Below are positions 36,327-46,100 of a stretch of DNA of 64,000 nt, in pieces; positions within the stretch are counted from its first letter, which is position 1, and each line of letters opens with the position of its first letter. This DNA comes from a virus. The DNA is taken from IMG/VR virus record IMGVR_UViG_3300035661_000009, positions 96,016-160,015 of that record; one strand, written 5' to 3'. The notes below the pieces were generated by a model. The model was not told the DNA's origin. It saw only the letters and a list, made by a program, of their open reading frames with translations, and ran no database searches. The position numbers were made by a program, and so were the translations under genes.

Positions 36327-36518
36327 ATGTATACAACAATAGGACCGAATGGAAAGGGTTGTAAACACGAGCATGAAACGTTTGACGAAGCTCAGGAGTG
36401 TTTACATGATTTTCTAGAAACATGCCGAAAGGCCAATAAAGTGGCCAATCGGGTAGTTGTTGAATGTAATTCGTTAGAAGAATTAGAAGACGAATTGGAC
36501 CAAATGGCTATATACTAA
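36327..36518 (+). CDS. small hypothetical protein
   Basis: 63 aa with its own promoter; CKHEH...AQEC. Confidence 0.6.
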   Translation: MYTTIGPNGKGCKHEHETFDEAQECLHDFLETCRKANKVANRVVVECNSLEELEDELDQMAIY

Positions 36519-37208
36519 CTAGCGCTGTAATTGCTTTAGTAGCTCTTCCAACGGATTGACTACTCGGATTACGGTTTCGGGCGGCAACTTTTCTACCTCT
36601 ACTGTCCCGTCTATTAATCCATCTTCTTTTGCTTCTTCCCATCCAAAGAACCAATCTTTATTGTCTATTTTCTCTAAAAACTGTTCTTTGGTAAGTTTAC
36701 TTCGCTTACATACTTGCTCGGCCATTGTTAGTTTAATGACGTTAAGAAACTTGGCTGTGCTTTCAAGATCTTGCTCCTTCCCCTCGCCTTGTGAGCTTGG
36801 GCCATGAGCCATTAAGACTGTACGTTTAGTAGTTAAACGAAAGTCACAATATTGAAGAAGAACGAAGCCCATTGACATTGTTTTAATGTCAGCGACACAA
36901 GTAACTGGCGATCCGTAGGTTTCAATAGCTCTGACTAATTCCATTCCATCAAAAACTGAACCACCGGGGCTATCTATCCTTAACCAAAGATTGGTATTAC
37001 CTGATTCCTTTAGCTCTTGTATCTTAGCTATATATGCTTTTACGTTGCTCGGTGTGATCTCAGCAATTTGGAGCATAACTGGGGCAGAAATAACTGGAAT
37101 TGGCGCTGGTTCTCCCACTGGTTGTGCAATAGTGCAGGCGGCGACTACGACGATAAAAGCGATAGAAAGTCTCATTAAATTACCCATATATTTGAGATTG
37201 GTACTCAA
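36519..37208 (-). CDS. clpP: ClpP-family (S14) serine protease with lipoprotein-type signal
   Basis: IDSPGGSVFDG, MSMG, MAH, DWFFGWEEAKEDGLID; N-terminal MRLSIAFIVVVAAC; start probably 37186. Confidence 0.8.
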   Translation of the reverse strand: MSTNLKYMGNLMRLSIAFIVVVAACTIAQPVGEPAPIPVISAPVMLQIAEITPSNVKAYIAKIQELKESGNTNLWLRIDSPGGSVFDGMELVRAIETYGSPVTCVADIKTMSMGFVLLQYCDFRLTTKRTVLMAHGPSSQGEGKEQDLESTAKFLNVIKLTMAEQVCKRSKLTKEQFLEKIDNKDWFFGWEEAKEDGLIDGTVEVEKLPPETVIRVVNPLEELLKQLQR

Positions 37209-37236
37209 ACGGGTAAAATCATCATTTTAGTTATTT

Positions 37237-38637
37237 TTATTGATAAACTACAGTACCCCAGACATTTGGAGTAGAAGGTAGGGCCGTAGGGGAGGCTGCT
37301 CTTAAGGCAGCTATTGTGGTCACTGCACCATCTATAGTTATTTCATTAGTGGCCTGTAATGTAGCTGTTGATAGAATCTTCACTCTGCCGCCTCTTGATA
37401 CAACTACATAATTAGTGTTACCACTTTCTGTAATAGGAAAACCATTTTGAGCTCCAATGTTTGCATAGAAATTTGGAGCAGCAGACGAGATTACAGTAGT
37501 GCAGTTGATACATGCGTGAGATATTAGTGCGACTCTCACTGCGTTGGGAGCGGCAGTGCCAGCGGCACTTTCTATATTGCTTATTACTGTGCCCCAGCCT
37601 TCAAATAAAATCGAACTGCAAAGAATAGACCCTAACGACAATCCCAACGCGGTTCCAGTTCCAGTATTCTTTTGCCAAACGTAGCTTTCAGCTATGTTGA
37701 ATGCTATTGGAACGCTATTGGCTGGATTACTAAATACGGCTGCCGTTCCACTTGAAATAAGAGCCATTCTAGACATCGCTAATGTCCCCGAATTCATTGA
37801 AAATGAAGAATTAGTGGATGAATTTATCGTCATTTCTCTTAAGGTGACTATACTATTGTTAGATCTAAGTAATACACCTATTTGAGCGGTACTTACAGTA
37901 ATTGAAAAATTCTGAATAAGTATGCCAGAAGCGGAGAATGGAGATTCATTTCCTATAACCATTCCGCTGGTGGTTCCAGCAGAAAAGGTAGGAATGTTTG
38001 CATTGCAAGTAACAATACTGACATTATCTAATATTTGATATTGATTACTGGGGAACCCAGAAAAACTAGTAAGAGTAGGGCAGGTTATTGTAGTTGCTGT
38101 ATTACTAATTATCGGATAATTTACGCCACTGCCTACAAACGTTACAAACTTTCCTTTAAGATCGTTTACTGTCCACGATTGAGTAGTATCTGTGAATGTC
38201 CCTGAAGCCCCTTTTGAAGTGGCTGTTCCTTGATTACTTCCAGTAGTTACGGTAGATAAAGCCGTTGTGCCTTGGATCTTAATTCCTGGAGTTCCAAGAA
38301 CGTTGGTTTTAGAATAACTTACTTGATGGCCACCTAAAAAGAATCCATCATAGGTGCCCGCAGCAACATTTATTGTAACTAATTCACGAATTTCATAGTT
38401 AAGTAGGCTATCAAGGGCCGCTTGAATAGTCTTATAAGCAAAATCTTGTGTTCTTCCATTAAAAGAGTCATCTCCCTTAACAGAATCTACGAATATTACT
38501 AAGGGGGCGTCTATAATAAGATTTAAAGCGGACGATAAATCAATATCAGGATCTAATAATTTATTTTGACGAAGCATCGTGCGAAACGCAATATCGATAG
38601 CATTTTTCTTTTCATCATTAATTGCTTTTCTAGCCAT
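37237..38637 (-). CDS. tail fibre/spike with parallel beta-helix (depolymerase-like)
   Basis: FVDSVKGDDSFNG...AYKTIQAALD...INVAAGTY; Ser/Thr/Gly/Asn-rich. Confidence 0.65.
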   Translation of the reverse strand: MARKAINDEKKNAIDIAFRTMLRQNKLLDPDIDLSSALNLIIDAPLVIFVDSVKGDDSFNGRTQDFAYKTIQAALDSLLNYEIRELVTINVAAGTYDGFFLGGHQVSYSKTNVLGTPGIKIQGTTALSTVTTGSNQGTATSKGASGTFTDTTQSWTVNDLKGKFVTFVGSGVNYPIISNTATTITCPTLTSFSGFPSNQYQILDNVSIVTCNANIPTFSAGTTSGMVIGNESPFSASGILIQNFSITVSTAQIGVLLRSNNSIVTLREMTINSSTNSSFSMNSGTLAMSRMALISSGTAAVFSNPANSVPIAFNIAESYVWQKNTGTGTALGLSLGSILCSSILFEGWGTVISNIESAAGTAAPNAVRVALISHACINCTTVISSAAPNFYANIGAQNGFPITESGNTNYVVVSRGGRVKILSTATLQATNEITIDGAVTTIAALRAASPTALPSTPNVWGTVVYQ

Positions 38638-39017
38638 TAGAGTAATTTCCCTTGTTTAGGTTTTGATGCTATTGCTTTAATATGATCATCTAGTGGTTTC
38701 CACCACTTAAATTCAGCGTGTCTTGAAGACAAAGAGCCGTTAGGTGAGAATGGCTCGTTTGGAACCAATGGAGGTTTTTGATCTATTGGTTTATTGCGGC
38801 TTATTTGGCCAGCGGTTAAATCACTACCACGTTGATTAACACCTTCTGTGCTAATTCCCGGAGTATTGTTTATTTGCCACTTGCCTTCGCCTGCGGAGTT
38901 AAGTTCATTAATTACATCATGAGTAGTTGTAGCAAATGGTTCGTGCTGAGCTTTATTAAGATTCTTAAGCTCAATAGCAATTATGTTTAATATAGCTAAT
39001 GCTTGCTTATTATTCAC
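38637..39017 (-). CDS. hypothetical protein
   Basis: 126 aa, TAATG-coupled. Confidence 0.6.
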   Translation of the reverse strand: MNNKQALAILNIIAIELKNLNKAQHEPFATTTHDVINELNSAGEGKWQINNTPGISTEGVNQRGSDLTAGQISRNKPIDQKPPLVPNEPFSPNGSLSSRHAEFKWWKPLDDHIKAIASKPKQGKLL

Positions 39018-39019
39018 AA

Positions 39020-39412
39020 TTACATCCCTAAATGATTAACTAATCTTTCTGCTATGAAAGTTAATACACCGCCGCCACCGCCAATGACAATTGCGTAAAT
39101 CAGCTTTCTATGCCACTTAACCTTCTCTACCTCTGCGCGGTCACGTTTTTCTAACGCTACGACACGACCTTTAATCTTGCCTTGCTCGTCAACTACCTTG
39201 CTAGCAAATTCGGCCATAGATTTATTGGTTTCTTTAACCGAGTTGGTTAATTCGCCAATTTCTTCCTTAACTGATTCGAGGATGGTCGTCTGCTTACTCA
39301 TTTGTGTAGCTACCTCTACCCTTTCCCTTTCAAGGTGCTGGATACGATCTTCTTGATTTTCTAAAATTACGGTTAGCGGAAGCTTGGCTTGGTCTGACAT
39401 AGTTTCTCTCAA
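39020..39412 (-). CDS. coiled-coil protein with C-terminal TM helix (holin-like)
   Basis: Heptad pattern then LIYAIVIGGGGGVLTFIA. Confidence 0.55.
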   Translation of the reverse strand: MRETMSDQAKLPLTVILENQEDRIQHLERERVEVATQMSKQTTILESVKEEIGELTNSVKETNKSMAEFASKVVDEQGKIKGRVVALEKRDRAEVEKVKWHRKLIYAIVIGGGGGVLTFIAERLVNHLGM

Positions 39413-40084
39413 TTACGCAATAGACCAACGGAGGATCTTTGCGCCGGTTACCGCTGAAGAAGTTGTTACAGTAAAGCTTCCAGCAGTGGGTACTACGATA
39501 TGGGTAATTCCGGCACCTAAAGCCGTTTCCCATTGAATATTGACTACATCGTTTGCAGTAACTAAACTGTTTGTTACGGTCATGGTAGATGCCGCATTAG
39601 CCATAGCTGCTCGACCTTTAGCTGTATTGCCAACGCCTGAGCCCGGGGTGCCTGAAATATCAGTAAAACCGGCAGTTCCAAGTCTTGTAGCGACTATTGG
39701 GGCGGTTATATTGATATTTGTACCGTCAAACGATATAAATGAGTTCGCTGAAGGACCATCTAAAATAATTGAGCCGCCAACTGGGATTTCTTGACCATTA
39801 TCTGCGAAAAGAAAATCGACCTGTTGCGGCTGCGTGAGTTTTGCTGATAATGCTACTGTATAGGCTGAACTAGGGAACCTGGTATATTGTCCATATATCT
39901 TAACTGCTAATTGAGTTGAAGAAAGAATGGCATCTACAAGTAAAGACACTGTAGGTAAGCCGGTTGCTGACAAATAGCACGTCGCTCCTACTTCAAATAG
40001 ACTTGTATCTGCAAAAGTTAATATACCATTGCTACCGCCATCGGCGGTAAGCGAAGCTATGATTTGCTGGGTCATTACAGTCAT
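39413..40084 (-). CDS. virion fibre/decoration protein
   Basis: N-terminal domain paralogous to 46989-48098; late motif upstream. Confidence 0.65.
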   Translation of the reverse strand: MTVMTQQIIASLTADGGSNGILTFADTSLFEVGATCYLSATGLPTVSLLVDAILSSTQLAVKIYGQYTRFPSSAYTVALSAKLTQPQQVDFLFADNGQEIPVGGSIILDGPSANSFISFDGTNINITAPIVATRLGTAGFTDISGTPGSGVGNTAKGRAAMANAASTMTVTNSLVTANDVVNIQWETALGAGITHIVVPTAGSFTVTTSSAVTGAKILRWSIA

Positions 40085-40134
40085 TGATACACCTCAATCT
40101 ATTAGATTAAAGATTAGTATCAATAATGAATGAT

Positions 40135-40680
40135 TTACAGCGTTATATTAGATTCAACTTCATTACCAAAACAATCCCAACCTTCGACCTTTTGTCTGGC
40201 AAAAAGCTCAATTCTAGGTAAGGGACCGATTAATTTAAGTATTAAATCACGAACTTCGGCTGGTTTTTCTGAATGTCTACCGATTGGTGAAGTAATTAAT
40301 TGGTGGATGCCGTGATCAATTACTTTGGGTTTTCCCCTAACTCCTATAAAACAAGGCTCGGTACAGGCCCGCGTATAGCGCCCCATGCCCCAAAACGGGG
40401 TTTTAGCCTTTTTGTTTAGCTTGACCCACTGGAACCCAAGGGTTTTGTATTCGAAACCCCACGAGGCCATTACGCCCAAGCAATCGGGTAGTTTAGGATA
40501 AGTCGCCCACATAAATAGAATACAATTATCGTCCGCTATGTCTTTTACCTTCATTTTACATAAATCTTCAGTAGAAAGAGTGGGATAATGGTTTTCTGCG
40601 CCACCTCTTGGGGTTTTATCATTATATGCCCATGGAGGATCCGCTAATATGATTTGGTATTTTTTAGTGATTATGGTCAT
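40135..40680 (-). CDS. MT-A70 family N6-adenine methyltransferase
   Basis: ILADPPW, LFMWAT, HSEKP, RIELFAR, GNE. Confidence 0.92.
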   Translation of the reverse strand: MTIITKKYQIILADPPWAYNDKTPRGGAENHYPTLSTEDLCKMKVKDIADDNCILFMWATYPKLPDCLGVMASWGFEYKTLGFQWVKLNKKAKTPFWGMGRYTRACTEPCFIGVRGKPKVIDHGIHQLITSPIGRHSEKPAEVRDLILKLIGPLPRIELFARQKVEGWDCFGNEVESNITL

Positions 40681-40886
40681 GATAGTGGAATAATCGTACT
40701 GCCATCTGTCTTTGACTCTTCAGATAGACAAGATGAGCAGACATAAAAAGAGACATATTGGGGTCGAAATCTAACCTTATAGTCGGCTGGAGCAAAGCAT
40801 TCTCTGCATTTCATTAAACCATGGTGGGAAACTGGCCCCAGTATTTTATTTAAAACCCAATCAAAGAATTTATCTATCTTATTCAT
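40677..40886 (-). CDS. small Zn-finger protein
   Basis: CREC...CSSC; ATGA-coupled. Confidence 0.55.
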   Translation of the reverse strand: MNKIDKFFDWVLNKILGPVSHHGLMKCRECFAPADYKVRFRPQYVSFYVCSSCLSEESKTDGSTIIPLS

Positions 40887-41126
40887 TTATTTTTCTTCTA
40901 TTTGAACAAGGGTTGGGGTTTGTATTATTGGAGAATTGATTACATTAAGAGAAAAGGTTCCAAGCCCCGTGTATTTATAAGTTGTGGGTCCAAACCAAGA
41001 ATATATTTCGTGTATATCGTATTTGAGGTCGTACGACATGTGTGGATTTTTAAATCCAATATTTATTTCTTCTTCATCTTCATAGGTTATTTTTATTTCA
41101 ACTTTTTTACGCGATTTGTTTTCATT

Positions 41127-41663
41127 TTATTCTTTCGTAATAGTAGCTATAAGGTCTTGGCAAGCCTCTTTGTAGTTGTTTACAGCGAATTGCTGGAATT
41201 CCGTGCTACGAACAGTAAGATCTTGACGTAAGCTATAACCCCACGTCGCACTCCAATTGCAAGTAAACCCACCCGGTAAGAATTCTCCGTCTGTATGAGG
41301 AGCATTCTTTGCTCGCCAGTCTTTATTTAAATAATAATACCACATTTCAGCTACGGGGGGCCATTTGTGAGTTGGATCGCCTAAGGCTCGATTGCTAGCC
41401 CAATGTGGTGTAATTATTGAACATTTTCCACCCTTCTTCATAACGCGATATAATTCGTTTACAAAATGCATACGTTCTTCTGCGGTTAAATGCTCTACGA
41501 AGTGGCTGGCATGAGCTTCTGATACGGTTCCGTCAGCCCATGGGAATGTATCCTTGCCTACATTTAAAACTACATCGACTCCGGGGAAGGAAATTGAATC
41601 AACTCCTAGAAATCCTTGGCGTTTGTTCGGTCCACAGCCGAAGTCTATCTTGATATCTGTCAT
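41127..41663 (-). CDS. class I SAM-dependent methyltransferase (type 11-like)
   Basis: IDFGCG, HASHFVEHL, ELYRVMKKGG, DPTH. Confidence 0.88.
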   Translation of the reverse strand: MTDIKIDFGCGPNKRQGFLGVDSISFPGVDVVLNVGKDTFPWADGTVSEAHASHFVEHLTAEERMHFVNELYRVMKKGGKCSIITPHWASNRALGDPTHKWPPVAEMWYYYLNKDWRAKNAPHTDGEFLPGGFTCNWSATWGYSLRQDLTVRSTEFQQFAVNNYKEACQDLIATITKE

Positions 41664-41664
41664 A

Positions 41665-42144
41665 TTATTCCTTTATGGTTTGCTCTACGCCCTCTTCGAG
41701 TAGCGAAGATAGGCCATTTTCGGCTAAAATTTGTGCTAGATTGTCTGTATCTTTAACCGTTACGAAGAAAAAAACGCCATAGGGCTGAGACAGGTCTGTA
41801 ATCGCCATTTTAATTGAGCCCGGAGGGGCGAGACTTCCAATAACCTCTACTCCAGCAGCAATAACTTTATCTAAGGTCGGTAAGACGAACTGATTTAAAA
41901 TATCGCTTGGAGTTGACGATTCTTCACCTAATATGGTTTGATATAGTGTGGTTCTTACAATTTTTGATAAAAACAAAGTTCTATATCCAGCGTCTTTGTC
42001 TGCAATTTTATTAAATCTTGTTTCTGCAATTGTTTTGTATTTATCTGGTACAGGTAGCTTGGTAATTGATAAATGTCTAGAGGCTTTGTTTTCATCAATA
42101 GCTTTTTTAAAATTTTCAATTGCTTCCATTATTTTGTCGTTCAT
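41665..42144 (-). CDS. hypothetical protein
   Basis: 159 aa between GT and MTase. Confidence 0.7.
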   Translation of the reverse strand: MNDKIMEAIENFKKAIDENKASRHLSITKLPVPDKYKTIAETRFNKIADKDAGYRTLFLSKIVRTTLYQTILGEESSTPSDILNQFVLPTLDKVIAAGVEVIGSLAPPGSIKMAITDLSQPYGVFFFVTVKDTDNLAQILAENGLSSLLEEGVEQTIKE

Positions 42145-42158
42145 ATTATTCCTTTAGG

Positions 42159-42872
42159 TTACCACGTAAATCCGTCACCCGAACTATCGTGGTGACCTAC
42201 AAGTATACTACAGTCAATGGCACAACGATAGCCGTATTTTCTAAAGTCTGTCCAAGCATAAAGATCTTGCGTCATAATCCCGCCATCTCCAGCCAAAGTC
42301 TTAAACCATGGTTTGCGGAGACGCTCATCCTTAAACATGCTAGTTCTGAATAAATTAAAACCCATACCCGTGCCACAGCATTCTACTAATTGTCCGGGAA
42401 TGGGAGGTTGCGGTCGGAAATTCAATACGGGGTCTTTGGGATCGCCCCAAATCTGTGGAACGCCGCCCTCGCCCTTGGTCCAGTATAAACCACCTATGCA
42501 TGAAAGCTCTGGGTGCTTTTCCATTTGGTTAATAAGTTTTAATACGCCATCCGCTGGAGGCATGTTGTCGTGTTCTAGCGTAAGTATGTATTCCCATTGG
42601 CTTAAGTCAGGGTTTGCAAGGATTTGGTCAATGGCTTGACTATAAGCCTCACCTACTTCTAACCCTAATGCGAGCATTCGGTAAACAGCTTGATTGGGCG
42701 GAAACATTAAATTCCAGTGCGATAATGCGACTTTACTGTCTATCATTTTCGCTGCTGGGATTATTACGATTATTCGTTGTTTCTTCCAACTGCCGCCTTC
42801 AAATATGCGTTTAGTCGATTCTTCAAGATTTTTGTTATGTTGACCGGGGTCGGTCTCGGTAATTATGGTCAT
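42159..42872 (-). CDS. GT-A fold (GT2-like) glycosyltransferase
   Basis: IIVIIPA, EYILTLEHDN, IGGLY, GTGMGFNLF, PWF, TQDLY, VGH. Confidence 0.75.
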   Translation of the reverse strand: MTIITETDPGQHNKNLEESTKRIFEGGSWKKQRIIVIIPAAKMIDSKVALSHWNLMFPPNQAVYRMLALGLEVGEAYSQAIDQILANPDLSQWEYILTLEHDNMPPADGVLKLINQMEKHPELSCIGGLYWTKGEGGVPQIWGDPKDPVLNFRPQPPIPGQLVECCGTGMGFNLFRTSMFKDERLRKPWFKTLAGDGGIMTQDLYAWTDFRKYGYRCAIDCSILVGHHDSSGDGFTW

Positions 42873-42878
42873 AAGTGC

Positions 42879-42887
42879 ATTATACCA
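42879..42887 (-). promoter_or_regulatory. extended -10 promoter giving a leaderless GT transcript
   Basis: TGGTATAAT 6 nt upstream of the GT ATG. Confidence 0.55.
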
Positions 42888-42896
42888 CAGATATAG

Positions 42897-42925
42897 AAAA
42901 AGAAAAGACCGCCAAAGCGGGCTTT
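42897..42925 (-). terminator. intrinsic terminator after the repeat fibre gene
   Basis: AAAGCCCGC-TTTG-GCGGTCTTT followed by a T-rich run. Confidence 0.6.
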
Positions 42926-43111
42926 GTTATATTTACGTTGTTTAAGGAACGTTAAAAGCTAAACATAAGAATAAACTGCAATATCGTAAAAATTTGATCA
43001 TTGATATCTTTATTGTTGAATTCAAGGAATCCCGGAATTAGGCTTCATTGTGCGGAGCAGTATACCACGACGTGCCAGAGTCAACCACCCAAATACTTAA
43101 ATTACAAAGTC

Positions 43112-46100
43112 TTACAACGTCTTGCCGATAACAGCCAGCCACAGTGAGCCGTTACTGGCTTGTGTGCTGATTTGACTTAGCGGAATAGCTGTTGTAGTTT
43201 GAGTGCTTGCGCTGTACGATCCAAAACCTGGGCGGTAATTACTAGTGGTTATGAACACAGAGTTGCCAATTTCAGCGTAACTGTTGGTAGATCCAGTGAA
43301 ATATAACATTCCTGGAGTAGTCATCATGGCTACGCGGTTCAATGAATAGTTAGTAGAGCCAGTAGTTGTAGATTGAATCATTCCTATCCAATATTCACCC
43401 GGCGTAACATTGCTCCCAGCTAACGGGACAAATAATGGGCGTATTCCTGACATATGAACATATGGGAAGTTCATTTGGAATGAAGATGAGAACGAGTTTG
43501 CATTAGTGGACGTACTACTAAATGATGATGAAGATGAGGAAGTCGTAGCCGAAGTTGTTACGCCACCGCCACCGTCAATATTTTTAATAAAACCTACTGC
43601 CGCTGAGGTTGTAAATGAAGCTGTGGCAGAAGAGACATTTGTAGACCAAGATACTGAAACCGAATATCCAGCGGACATTGAATAAGTATTTGACTGAAAC
43701 GTTTGGATGCTATTATAGCTGGCATTTGTTTCGTTAGTATTTAATCTACTAAACCACAATACTGTTCCGGTCTGACCCCACGTTCCTGAGCCAGATGAGG
43801 CGCTCCCTGCCGAAACTGAAGCAGAAATACTCATCGTACTGGATACGGAAGCATATGATTGCTGAAATTGAATCATATCTCCGTCATAATAGCCATCTAA
43901 TTCAACTGGACGGATAAATAACGTTCCGTTGGCGTGTGAAGAAGTGAGGGTGTTCCCCCAGATCTCTGGTTCCCACCAGCTACCAGTGAAAGCTGCCCCG
44001 CCAGCATTAACCGATGCGGTAATTACAGAGTTGTTACTCATTCCGAAGGTAACGCCGTTAGAGTTAGCAAAAACTAGCGTTCCAGAGGCATTAGAAGAGA
44101 AGGTCTGGGTTCCTGCGGCTATTGCGTTATCTATATCATTAAATGAAGCGGTTAGTGTTCCACCATTTAATCCAAACGAGACTGAATTTGCATTACTAAA
44201 TAAAACCGTAGTAGAAAGAGCGGCAGTGGACCCGGCTACTGCAATTATATTATAACCATCTCCACCACCGCCACCGGCTGGAACAGAGATAATTACGTTC
44301 CCTGCTGAATAACCTACAGAAGCTATGCCTGCTCCAGAGAAACTTAAGGTTCTAGCGTCAAATGTTGAGCTTGAACTTTGACCGGTAGTGTTACCTACGG
44401 CGTATAGCCCTATTGTTTGATCAGTTTGAGCTGGAATGTTCGGTACTGTATAGCTTGCCGTAATTTGACTAGATCCTGATAATCCAAAACTAATACCATT
44501 GCTGTTTACAAAATTTAGGGTGCCTGAGGTCCCTGTTTGTGTCCCTGCTGCAAAAGCGCTTGGGCCAGTTGATTGACTATAACTTGCAGAAGCTGTTATA
44601 GTCGAAGCATTAAAGCCGAAGGTGATATTGTTACTATTGCTAAAGACTACGTTACCAGAAGAACCTTGGACCTGTACCGATCCTTGAGTTTGTACTGATT
44701 GTGAAAAACTCGCTGTTACTATTGACGAGTTATTCATCCCAAAAGATACGTTATTTGAATTACTGAAAACTACAGAACCCGAGGTATTGGCGGTCTGCGT
44801 ACCGGCTGCTATTACATTATAAGTCTGTACTGATTGAGTAGGAACGGTGTAACTAGCCGTAATCTGACTTGACCCAGACATACCAAAACTAATGCCATTA
44901 CTATTTGCAAATGCTATTGTTCCAGAGGTCGCTGTTTGAGTACCGGCCCCAATTGCTCCAAAATTTCCTGTAGCTGTGGCTCCAGCACCAACAGAGGCGG
45001 TTATTGTATTAGCGTTAGCTCCGAATGTAATACCGTTACTATTGGCGAAAGAAATGTTTCCGCTTGAACCCAACACCTGCACAGAGTTTTGAGTCTGTAC
45101 TGATTGAGAAGTGCTGGCCGAGATAATAAAACTACCGCCAGAGTTACCAACTGAAACTATGCCCGCTCCCGAGAAGGAAAAAGTTCTGGCATCGTAGGTT
45201 GAAGAACTTGATTGACCGGTAGTGTTACCTACGGCATAAACACCTTCTGTTTGCACAGATTGAGTAGGAACGGTATAGCTAGCGGTCAATACTGAAAAGT
45301 TTGAAAGACCGAAGCTAATACCATTGCTATTTTGAAACAAAACTGTTCCAGTTGTATTAGCCGTTTGAGTACCAGCGGCAATGATATTTACACCATCTCC
45401 TGCTCCACCGCCAGAAGGTACTGAAATTACTACAGAGCCGTTTGAATAGCCTACGGATGCAACGCCAGCCCCTTGAAATGTGATGCTTCTGGCATCGAAA
45501 GTTGAAGAGCTTGATTGTCCAGTAGTATTGCTTACAGCGTATAGGCCAATAGTTTGATTAGTTTGAGCTGGAACGTTTGGAACAGTATAGCTTGCCGTAA
45601 TTTGACTAGATCCTGATAATCCAAAACTAATGCCGTTTGAATTAGCGAAGTTTAAAGTTCCAGAAGTTCCTGTCTGTGTACCTGCTGCGAACGCACTTGG
45701 TCCAGTTGATTGACTAAAACTTGCAGAAGCTGTTATAGTCGAAGCATTAAAGCCGAACGAGACATTATTTGAGTTACTGAATACTACGTTACCCGAACTT
45801 CCTTGGACCTGTACTGAATTCTGGGTCTGTACTGATTGAGAGGTTGAAGCTGAGATAATGAAGCTACCGCCAGAATTACCAACTGAAACTATACCACCGC
45901 CAGAAACACTCCAAGTTCTAGCGTCATAAGTTGAAGAACTTGATTGTCCAGTTGTATTACCAATGGCATAGATACCTTCCGTCTGATTGCTTTGGCTTGG
46001 TACGGTGTAGCTTGCCGTAATTTGACTAGATCCTGATAATCCAAAACTAATACCATTACTGTTTACAAAGTTTAAAGTTCCAGAAGTTCCTGTTTGAGTT

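Noticed and set aside
43049-43085. sigma70 promoter TTGACT...TATACT on the minus strand
   Set aside because: Spacer is only 14 bp; at most an extended -10 element with no clear downstream gene
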